From NCBI GenBank assembly GCA_951406725.2, contig OX597823.1, forward strand, positions 75,268,001 through 75,332,000: a stretch of 64,000 bases of DNA, read 5' to 3'. Source of the DNA: Octopus vulgaris. Taxonomy: Eukaryota. Below are positions 53,126 through 64,000 of the stretch, in pieces; position 1 is the stretch's first letter; every line of letters begins with the position of its first letter. The translations under genes and the position numbers were made by a program. The notes beneath the pieces are model-generated. The model made no database searches. It was not told the origin of the DNA and saw only the letters and a list, made by a program, of their open reading frames with translations.

Positions 53126-54651
53126 ACATATCTTCTTTATACTAATAACGGACAATAGTATTATTGGTATCCTTATAATTATTATGGCTACAAACTATCT
53201 TACTTAAATATAATATTAATATAAATCTTACATAAATAAATTACGTCTAATTCTATATGTAAGATATATTTGTGACAACTACCAAATCTGCTTCTGGCAT
53301 ATTTTGTCTGGTAGTATACTGCAATGTGATTTATAAAATATATAACGTATTGTTTTAGTTATTTTTTGTTGAAGTTTCCCTTTGCCTTATTATATACCCA
53401 GGACGCATGTGTACGTAGAATATTAAGTGAAATTCAACAAGTTGTAGGTGGTCGCTGACATTTGCATGTGTGCTTTCGTAAAAAGCTTCTTGAAGTAAAC
53501 ATATCCCATAGAGACTTAGAATCAGCTCGTATTGTCAATACCATTAAGAATGATTTAAATATAATATTCTGTAGCCGCACTACAGTTTGGTTACTGGTAG
53601 TTTAGAAGACACAACTTTATCATGAGAATAGGGATTCGGTATGCAAAAATCAACAAGCCTATGTTTTCGTTTCTTGTCGATAGCTGATAATTTAGGAAAT
53701 GTTGCTGGCATCCGACAGGACTTTATTCAATAATTCACTTCAGAGAAAAAGTATTGAAAAGCAGAGCAGTAAAACGCTGAAGTAAATGTATTACGGAATG
53801 TAAGCTTAGATCTCTGCGTCACGAACTGCAACTCGATTAGCTACCAAAAATAATAACTCTCTACCATTACGTTTCACCAAACTACAAAACCGAGTTACAT
53901 TAGACTATTGGCTAACTATGTAGGATATTGCAACTACTACCGAATATAATGATTTATTTCGTTCACAAATGACCATCTGGCAAACTTGCATGCTTTCAGC
54001 TAGAATCTACTCTCAGTTGTATCAAGGCGGTTTCTCCCGTTAACCATATACTAGAAATTGAAAAGAAAACGTTAGGCTAAAATACTCAATCTCTGACATA
54101 AAAATACATCGTCAGGGTTATTGCTGGAACGGATTCTTTCAAAGTTATGTTCGGCATAAATACACCAGTAGAACTCTAACTTGTATATTTCTACGCATCC
54201 TATAAAATATCACATCTTCAACTATAACATAAAATATCCTGTTAGATGGTGGTTTGGAATCTATCGGAAAATATGAACAAAGCACTCTTACTAGCAGGGA
54301 AGAAACATTGCCTCGCATCATAGAACATAAAGTGAATTTGTAAACGCTGCAAAAACCTATTCCTGTAATTGGCACACATCAATAATCGAAGTCAAACTTA
54401 CTACTGTACAGGTACCATGTCCACTTTGAAATTGCATAATTTTTATCGCACTGCTTCTTCGATATGCATGTGCATTCTAGCTTCTTAATATAAATATGCG
54501 CTGATATATTTATACATACATTTCCGTATATATATATAAGCAAATAAATAAATGAATAAATATTTATATATACGTATATGAATGTAAGTATGCATATATA
54601 TATATATATATATATATATAAAGAGGGACTACATTTCCACGCAGGAAAAAA

Positions 54652-55825
54652 TACAGGCAAATTTGTCGTTGAAAATGCAAATTTGAGAAACCTGTAATTG
54701 TTTAAAATAAATGTATTTGCATTTCAACAATATTTTTTGTTCATCAATAGTAATAATTTAAAATTATGAATTTGAAAAAGACATCTTTAAAAGTTTCAAT
54801 AGTGACAAAATAAAATGTTCCTAACAGTCAATAATATTAAAACAGTTCGTATATCAATATGCTTCAACGTATCAAAGTCATTAACGTTATTAGTAGTCGA
54901 CAAGGAATGAATACCATCAAAGTTTCAGTCATACTGAGTTAAGAAAAAAAAACAAGGTAGAGATGAAGAAAGTAAAAAAAAAAGGGATTTGATTTACAGT
55001 TTCTCTGACCCTCTCTCCAACGTGTGTAGGAACTTCCGCTTGTAGTGATTGTTTTGGAATCCGGTATATTAATAATTTTTCCCCGATCGGATCTGATTTT
55101 TGATTTGTTAAAAAAATGGTGACGTCTTGCTTTTCCGGTGGTCAAGTATGTCGTTCTGCCTGGTTGGCTTCCATGTGGGGAACGGTCAACCGGTTGGTTG
55201 ATTCTCTTAAAGGTTCATTCTGTTGTATTTGCTGAAGTACGGTTTTGATTGGCCTAGATTTAAGTGATGCTAGAAACTGTTTTTTGTAAAATGTCGTTGG
55301 ACTCGAGAGAGGAGACATCGGCAAATTGTGTTAGTATGTTATTTGGAGTTTGCTGTCTCGAAAACGTGGTGGAAGACTTACTAAAAAATGTTAAACTCTT
55401 TGTGGTTCCTTGTTGTTTTTCTGTGGAGAAATTGGGTGTATTTCTTTTTTTTCTCTTAAGTGTTTTTTTCTTCTTTCTCAAGGATATTGAGCTGTGATTT
55501 ATATTTTTAAATAAGTAAGCTTTCATTATTTAAACGGAATTGGGCTGAAATGCTTCGGGTGCATTGATATAGAGGGACGATTTGGTACTTCGGGTTTATG
55601 TTCATGGGGTACTAATGTAGGTGTTTGCTTACGTGAGTAAATTTTTTGCCAAATTTAAAACTTTTAAAGATGTTTTTCTAATTCATAATTTTAAACTTTC
55701 AACACTGATAAGCGAAAAAAAATTGTTGAAACTAGTTCGGAATATATATAAATAAATTTATTTCAAACAATTACAAGATTTTCAAATTTAGGTGCATTTT
55801 CAACAGCAAATTTACTTGTCTTGTA
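54652..55825. mobile_element. Non-autonomous TIR element (~1.17 kb) with ~150-170-bp imperfect terminal inverted repeats
   Basis: 54652-54796 (CAGGCAAATTTGTCGTTGAAAATGCA...AAAATTATGAATT.GAAAA..ACATCTTTAAAAGTTT) is the reverse complement of 55657-55822. No transposase motif is recognisable inside. Confidence 0.75.
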
Positions 55826-56403
55826 TATAAATATCACCTACAACAAGAACTTAACTGTCAATTCCCAATGGTTTTAGTTCAAATGGATGTAGACTACTTA
55901 CTGCATTAGGGCTTTTGAATGTGATAATAATAAAAACGAAGTAAGCAATACGCCCATTTCTTTCTTGACCCCCATTATTTCCCTCTGCTACTCTAAATTA
56001 TAGTAGGATTTAGGAATTTTTCCCTTAAATTCATTCCACCACAATAATAGCAAAAGGAGGTAATGTCTTTTAGTCTCTAGTACTGATGAAAAATTTGCTA
56101 AAAACTTATAATATCAGATACTGTATATTGGACATCTATATGGTTCTACGCATCCAAGGAGAGCGGTTTATTTCAAATTGATGCAATGTTTGCATTAATA
56201 GATTAAATGGAGTTGTTTCAAATGGCTGTACTGCACTGATACCTGGATATCCTTGTTATTTATTTACTATTTATTCAACTTACCTCGAGTTGTGCGGATA
56301 ATACTAGATGGACGTGGTGCCTCAACTTACGTGCCTAATTCAACTGAATCTTAATCATATATATATATATCCACGCGCGCATGTATATATATGTATATAT
56401 GAA

Positions 56404-56736
56404 GGCGCATGGCACAGTGGTTTGAGCGTCCAGCTTACGATCGTGAGGTTGTGAGCTCGAATATCTGACCGGACTGCTGTTGTGTTCTTCAGCAAGACAC
56501 TTTAATTCACATTGCTTCAGTTCACTCAGCTATAGAAATGAGTTGCGACGTCACAGGTGCCAAGCTGTATCGGTCTCTGCCTTTTTCTTGGATTTCACTG
56601 GTGGCGTAGTGAAGGGAGACCGGTAAGCATGAGGGACCCCTGGTCTTCCTTAAACAGCCTTGTCTTGACTTGTGTCTGGGAGGGTAACTTTCAACGTGCA
56701 ATCCCATGGTCTCTGTCGTGACCGAAGGGGGTCTCA
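56404..56736 (+). mobile_element. tRNA-derived SINE of a third family (V-SINE-like core)
   Basis: GGCGCATGGCACAGTGGT (A box), GAGCTCGAATA (B box-like) and GTGTTCTTCAGCAAGACACTTT...CACTCAGCT core. Flanked by a degenerate repeat CACGCGCG..TGTAT (possible TSD). Confidence 0.75.
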
Positions 56737-57345
56737 GATATGCACGCGCGTGTATTTATCTTTCTATATGACAAAAATGTATTCCAGATTTCTCTTCTTT
56801 CAAACATCATTCCAAAATTTGGCTCAACTTATTTATTATTATGCAATTGGATAGGGTGAGTGTTATGTACGGTAGGTGGGAAACCAAGAGCTTACTAATG
56901 CAAAAATAAATTGTTAAAGTGAGACTACGATCAATGCCGTTGTTTTCATATTAAATTAAATAGCAGATCAATATTGGTCAGTTACCATTTTCCTTGTCAT
57001 TCTGTTGAAGCTCACTACAAGGCCAGGAGAAAAGTTTTACAAAATATTATGTGGCATTTAAATACTTTTATTTGTTAGTATCTCAATAATTTCAAAGGAA
57101 CGAATGGAAAGCGTTTGGAAATGGCATCAGATGTTACTTAGAGAATGGTCGGAATTAATGAGGTGAAGAGGAAATTGATATAATCGCAGATACTGAATCT
57201 TTCATCTGGTGTATCCGAAATACTGAACAATTAGAAGAAATCTGAACTATTGTTATGTAGGAATCGACATATGTAGATTTTATTTGGATTACATGTTTAA
57301 TTATATTTCAGCGATATATTTGAACAATAAATGTATCTGGTTATA

Positions 57346-58309
57346 TACCAGGGGTACCCAAAAGAAATCGGAATTTTGTAATATTTTATTCAAAAAGTTT
57401 TACATGTTTACACGTTTATAGCCTTCAAAATATTTCCATTTGAAGGAATGCATCGGTCCAGGCACGTTTCCCACTATTCGAAGCAGTGCTGGAACTCTTT
57501 CGGAGTGATACATTTTAACGCCTTCGTCGTTTTTCCTTCTCCACCTGCACATGCGCAAATCTCGTAGCTCCGGGTTTCATCACCAGCTATGGTCTTCGAA
57601 AAACTGGTCTGGATCAGCATTAAACTGTTCTTTTAGTTCCGACACACATTCATTCGTGATTTCTTTTGATTTTTCGTGTGCAAGCAAGGCACAAATTTTG
57701 CTGCTACTCTGTTCATTCACAATCCGTCACTCAGAATTCATTGCCAGAAGATCCGAGACACAACACTCTTTCGCCGCTGGAAGCCTCTTGATACGATCTA
57801 CTGGCGTCAGTCAGCTAATCAGCGTTGTCCGGAGATACGTGTTTGTTTTGTAACATTGTTCGGTGACGCTCCTCCAAGATCAGTTCATGAATTTCCGGGA
57901 TGTTTTCATCGTTCGGCAGGTCAACGTTCGTCTTGAACGAGGTTGGTCTTCAAGCGACCAACCTCGTTCGAGTAACCGTTCCTAAAGAGAGGAAACCACT
58001 CGTAGCCTTGTGTTTTTCTCATGGCGACATCCTTGTAAGCTGTTTGAAACATGGCAACAGTTTTGTCCGCAGTTTCACCGAGTAGGAAACAGAATTTCAC
58101 ACAAGCACGCTGTTCCTTTGTTCCAGCAGTAGCAAAAATCGAAGAACAGGTGAGAAGCACTGGAAAACAAACACGTATCACTGGACAACGCCGTTTAGCT
58201 GACTGATGCCTGTGGTTCGTATCAAGTGGCTTCAAGCAGCGAAAACTGAGCTACAACGGGCTTGCCCCACAGAAAACGTTTCTGGTTAATTTTGGGTAGG
58301 CTCTCTTAT
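57346..58309 (-). mobile_element. mariner element with both TIRs, internally deleted and rearranged
   Basis: TIRs GGGGTACCCAAAA and TTTTGGGTAGG. N-terminus EQRACVKFCFLLGETA..TVAMFQTAYKDVAMRKTQGYEWF..FRNG. C-terminus KTTKALKCITPKEFQHCFE.W..CLDRCI near 57440-57535. Confidence 0.87.
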
Positions 58310-59634
58310 ATGCTATTGATCAATAATTGATCATGCATTGTAATTTTTTTCCCTAACATAATGTTAAAATGCCATTAATATATATATCAGTTTAATAAAT
58401 GTGATATATTGAACATATTTATTTCATCATTTTGAAACGTATCGGGAGAAAAGAGAGATAGCATCATATATTTATAAAACTGGACAAAAAATATTAAAAT
58501 TTATTTTGTAATTTCAGATGTGGCAAGAACGCATTAATTTTGTTTCTCTGAATTAGTCTCATGCCATTATAATTGCTGCAGCTATTCCCCCAAGCAATTT
58601 CTCTGAGAGAGAACAATCTTGATTTCACTTCACTAAATCGTATCATAAATCTGGTAATTGCATATGTGAGAAAACAAACTGGGCTCGTAAAAGAATATGG
58701 AAAATTCTCTTTGAATCAGCTCATTTGAGAAAGTCGGGTTTGCAAACACTTAAGTGACACACCCGAATGTCTTCAGTAATTTAATATATGCTTGAATTGT
58801 CAATTGTGAAGAATAAAGCGTATTTCATTCTATGCCGCTTTTTGCTATTATTTCGGTTTTCTCTTACTTTTTAAGAAGGCAATGGTTAGGATACTCTGTT
58901 TATATTTTTCATGAGTGTGGAGAGCTTAAAGTAGAGATAGTATTATATTCCCTAGTATTAAACGACATGTGTCACTTAAAGTGAAATCCACATGATGTTT
59001 GATCACATTCCGTATCACAAAATCAGAATGTAACGAGAATTAATGGCAAAGGGATGTGCATATCATTTCAAAGAAAGCATGTTAGTTTTAGCCAATCAAA
59101 GAACTTTGCCACTTTTATTTTGTATAATCTCTATGATAAAATCGATCTCACCAAAGCTTTGGAATGCTTTATTCATTTTATCACACAAGTTAAAACAGTT
59201 TTCTATCCCTTTTATCCGCTTGCGTAAATAACACTTAAATGCAAATATCCACTAGGCGTTTTCTATTCTACTAGTCAACAAGAACGTTCCAAGCGCAAGT
59301 GAGAACCCATCTGTTATTAATATATAGTTTCAGCGATTTCTTCAAAATGGATATTTTTGTGTTGGGAAGAAAACATTGCTTTAATTGTGTCAATAGCCAA
59401 TTAGTATATGAATTTACTGCGTTGGGACTGAAGAAATATCTTTTCAAGGTCTGTTTCTCTGTCCGCTCTCTCTCAAAACGAACCAACACACATTCACTCA
59501 GTCACACACGCTCCGCTACTCAGTATGGATTCTAGGGATCCTTCGGAAAAGAAAACAAGAAGCAAAATTGAACAAATGCAGTGTCACTGCGACGTAACAA
59601 AGATAGACAAAGTATATGAAAAGGCAACGATAAT

Positions 59635-59925
59635 ACTAATTTTTAGACCAGTCTAGCAATTTCAGTGGTGGGGGTAAGTCGATTACATCAACCTCAGTAC
59701 TTGAAAGTATGAAAGGTAAATTCCACAGCAGAATTTGAACCCACAATGTAAAGACGGGTGAAATAGCACTAAGTATTTTGCCCTAAGAGCTAACGATTCC
59801 ACCGCCCAGCGTCTTAATAAGAAAGGATAATATTGTTTTCAAAGTTCTTTTACAAAGCTAGTAATTTTATCGACCACAAATACATTAAAGGCAAAGTCGA
59901 CGCTGGCGAAATTTGAACTCAGGAA
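59635..59925 (-). mobile_element. Two adjacent degenerate SINE pieces (Nin/Deu-like)
   Basis: AAGTCGATTACATC...GAAAGGTAAA...GAATTTGAAC...CTAACGATTC, and AAAGGCAAAGTCGAC...AATTTGAACTCAG. Confidence 0.72.
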
Positions 59926-62071
59926 GTAAAATACGAAACTATAATATTAACTATAAAACAAGGAGGAGTCTTTAGGATGCTGGGAAAATGCTTGTTGGCA
60001 TTTCTTCCGTCTTTTCGAGGTCGGCTTTGATATATATCCTTCTGGGTATGCACATTAAGTACCTTGTGCCAAAATTTGAAAGCAATATAAAACAACGGCA
60101 TTCATAAGAATATAAAATGTTTACTAAAACGTTTCTTTACTTGGCATGGCGCTTTTCAAATTTTCTACTTTAACGCATATATTCTGTTACCTACCTAGAC
60201 ATGCGACTTATTTTCTCTTCACTTAAAATCAGTTATTATCTTTATTGTATAGTTATAATATTTTGTAAAGTTTCAATTCAAGGAAAATCGTAAAGCTGTG
60301 ATTTTAATGGATTTGACAGCAATATAGTAAACGATATTGCTTAAACAAAATAATAATTATAATAATCAAACTAATGTATTAAGTTCAATAGAAACAGACT
60401 AATATATTAGGTTGAACTGAATTCTGGAATTTATTCAGAAGCATAAAATATAATTAAATCATTCCTCATAGTGTGTAACTTGTGTTAAATACTCCAGAAT
60501 TGTTGTCTACGAGTGACAAGAGGTAATTTTAAAGGGTTATGCCGTACTAGGATCTCGAAAATAATTAATTCCAATTTTAATTGCTCAACAACAGTAATCT
60601 TGAAAACAATTATGTTTTAGTAAATTACAAAGATACACAGCACTTCTTCAGCTATGCCTAATTATTTTAATTACGTTTTCAAATCTCACAGCATTAATAT
60701 GTGTCGCAATAATATTTCTAAAATATTTCAGGAAGATATAGTCTTTAATTTCTAATATTAACTAATTCTCATGCTTCAGATATTTAGCATTGAATGATTA
60801 CTCATACAATTTTATCAATATTTCGACAAGCACAGTGATGCATATTTTCTTAACGTATGCAGCAGGTGTATGGAAAAGGAACCGTATTTTCTGTAAGTCT
60901 AATATTAGCCATTCTAATCTGTGTTAAGAAATTACGGTTATAATTATATTGACTCGTGTATGTCATATGAACACGACACTTAGCTACTAATACACATTCT
61001 TGATTAATACATTTCACTCTTATTTATGAATAGCATCAATGTATAACTCATGTATAAAAGTATATAAAATACGTCTTTAAATAGTGTACGTGGTTGCATG
61101 TGAGTGGCTGTATGCGATTATCAGTATATTCTCTTTTATCGTTTCCTTGATTCAATTATTAAGACAGTAGCCAGGCTGCAGCTTCTCCTTGAAGAATTGC
61201 AATCGAACAAATTAACGCCTCTATTTATTTTTTTCAATACTAATACTTCTTCTATTTGATATTTCTGATATACGAGATTTTACAGCTTAAAGAAGATATC
61301 CAACGGGCATATCGTTCAATCCTCGAGTGAGAGAGAGAGATAGAGAGAGAGACAGGGTGAGAGATTACTTCTGGGTGTAAACGTTTAGATCCAGAAGGGA
61401 CTTGATACAAGCGAACTGGGCGTTTTATTGCTTTATTGGTTCGTCATAATTATTTCTATTTGTACCGTGTAAGTTAATAATTTGAAACGATGTTACATAT
61501 CTCCATGTATGTCAACATGGGTGCGCCTAGACAATCGTGTTAAACACCTTTTGGAATATATGAGGAAATGAATCAATAATTGCTTTTATATGTGTTGTTG
61601 CTGTTGCTGGTGGTGAATTTGCTATTGTTTCTCTAGCTGTTGCTGGTTGAAGTATTGTTAATAATATTGCTGGTATTTTTGTTGCAGCTTTTGTTCCCCG
61701 TTAGTTTGTTCTTTTCACAGATGTTCATGTAAGAAATTACGTTATATAATCTAAACTAGTGAATAAAATTTCGTTTTGTCCAAATTTCCTCGCGTTTGTC
61801 ACACCTTTATATCGGAGTAGGAATGAATCATAGGCACGGTTTGACATTGAATCATAGTTATTATTTTGAAAACGGAAGATTTACGTACATTGCTTTCATT
61901 CAGAGAAACATGTCCCAAAGCATTAAACAGATATGAAAAATATCTAAGATTAAGCCTCAATGACGTTGGACTAGATGCTTGCATATGAATGAAATCTGAA
62001 TTGTACTATCATTCCTATCTACATATTGGCAGGTTTATTAAAAAATCTAGGATATGTGGATGGATTGAGAA

Positions 62072-62143
62072 TTTATAGATATATAAATCATTAAAGATTT
62101 ATATATCTATAAACGCAAACCAAACGGTATTGGTTTGCGTTTA
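62072..62143. repeat. Two abutting perfect inverted repeats (18-bp and 14-bp stems, 6-nt loops)
   Basis: TTTATAGATATATAAATC-ATTAAA-GATTTATATATCTATAAA and TAAACGCAAACCAA-ACGGTA-TTGGTTTGCGTTTA, sharing TAAA (62110-62113). Confidence 0.95.
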
Positions 62144-63606
62144 GAAAGTGTCGCAAAAATGAACATCGGATTTAGAAAGACTAGCTGCTATATTTGTGGT
62201 TGTGAACGAGATGTAAAGGCTACTTTTCCCTCCAGGTTAAACCAGGAAAGGCAACAGAAAGTCAGGCAAAAATGCAACAATAGCAATAGTTAATTCACCA
62301 GGAAACGAATTCGCATCAAATTAATGGGATCGTAAATGAGAGAATGCTGAAGATGCCTTGCATATTTGGAGGAAATGCGTATAAAAGAATCAAGTAAATA
62401 TTCTTCCTTGGCATTAAGGAAAAATATGTAAAGGGGATGCCAAACGGGAAAACTTGACATTTGGTTCCGGGGAAGAACTCGTCCACTTTAAAATGGAGTC
62501 CATCTTCTGCAAGAGGAAATGTTACAAAAAAACACAATATTACAAAAACAACAGCGTTTTGTCATTTTAACTAGCATCTAATATGATATCTATATAATCT
62601 ACTCTAGTATTTCATATACGAAGAATTTATAGGTTTGAGAAAGGAGCACTTATGTAACAGCACGAAAGAGACTGAATATCTATAAATTATAAGGAGATAT
62701 TACGTTAATGTATATAATCATACTTATTGTAAACTGCATGAAAACTTCCCTGGCTGCTGTAAAGCAAATTTTCTTCGTCAAAGACTCTGGAATCTCTTGC
62801 TATGAATAACGTAAGAAGTAAATGATATCGCATGCTTATATGATTATTTGCTCTATAAGTGTTTTAATTGTTTTCACTATAATTTAATATAATCCTTCAC
62901 ATAAGTCCGTAACTGGAAAATATGTCTGAACCATACACATTTTTGAGCTTCTCTGTAGATAACACATTTTTCGTAATAGTCTTCTACGAGCTCGCTATCT
63001 CAGAAGTGAAAAACGAAATTTACTGCTATTAGTTCATCTGTTGAGTAATTATATCATTATTCACGATTACTATCCATAATACAACTTAGCTTCAAATAGA
63101 ATTTGACAAGGATTTCTATATTGTTTCAGATTTTCTGTCATTTTTCTTTTAAGTCGTCGCTTGTATGCAGATATGACTTAATATTTGAAACACACACATT
63201 TATATTATTTCATGATAACTATGTACGTCCCTCACATGGAGAGAAATTTTTACGCCATATACACACTCATTCATATAGATAGTAAAGGCCTGACATCTAA
63301 ATGTAAACACAGGAATTAAGATGAATATCATTAGAGAAATAAGCTGAGAATTTCGATTATCACAAATCGATGGAAACATGTTCAAAAATTTGGCACTTTA
63401 AAATAGGGTTTACATGCCTAAAAGGCGTGTCCTATGTCCCAAGCAAATGCGTGGCTTATCACCCATGATTATATTTTACACTTCTAAATGTTCTCGACCT
63501 TCAATACACCAAATTTGAATTATCACATTTAATTTCTTTTTTGTATCGAGTAATATAAGAAAATCATTAGTACTTTTATGTGTATTCGTTTATCAAATTT
63601 ATACAT

Positions 63607-64000
<394 letters not shown>

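Overview
AT-rich, repeat-dominated eukaryotic DNA with no supportable host protein-coding gene. The tRNA-derived SINE families and very long (TA)n/(CA)n tracts suggest an octopus (coleoid cephalopod) genome; this is recognised from memory, not from a search. The window holds a Tc1 (DD34E) element, three mariner relics, a Chapaev3-type transposon, a TIR-bounded non-autonomous element, a young APE-RT LINE running into a 100-N gap, an RTE-like relic, several Penelope-like (PLE) fragments with hammerhead-like motifs, and many SINEs. The most notable structure is at 31.9-36.6 kb. There, two diverged retroelements that encode only a gag-like CCHC ORF1 (no RT or endonuclease) sit in tandem at one exact site inside a SINE head. 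Each is followed by a copy of the ~13-bp target, and both end in a conserved, covarying 3' RNA structure. This suggests a SINE-targeting 'half-LINE' system. Second, the young LINE has tandem CCCH zinc fingers in ORF1 and an AUG-less ORF2 in the -1 frame with an in-frame U_UUU_UUA heptamer, suggesting programmed ribosomal frameshifting.
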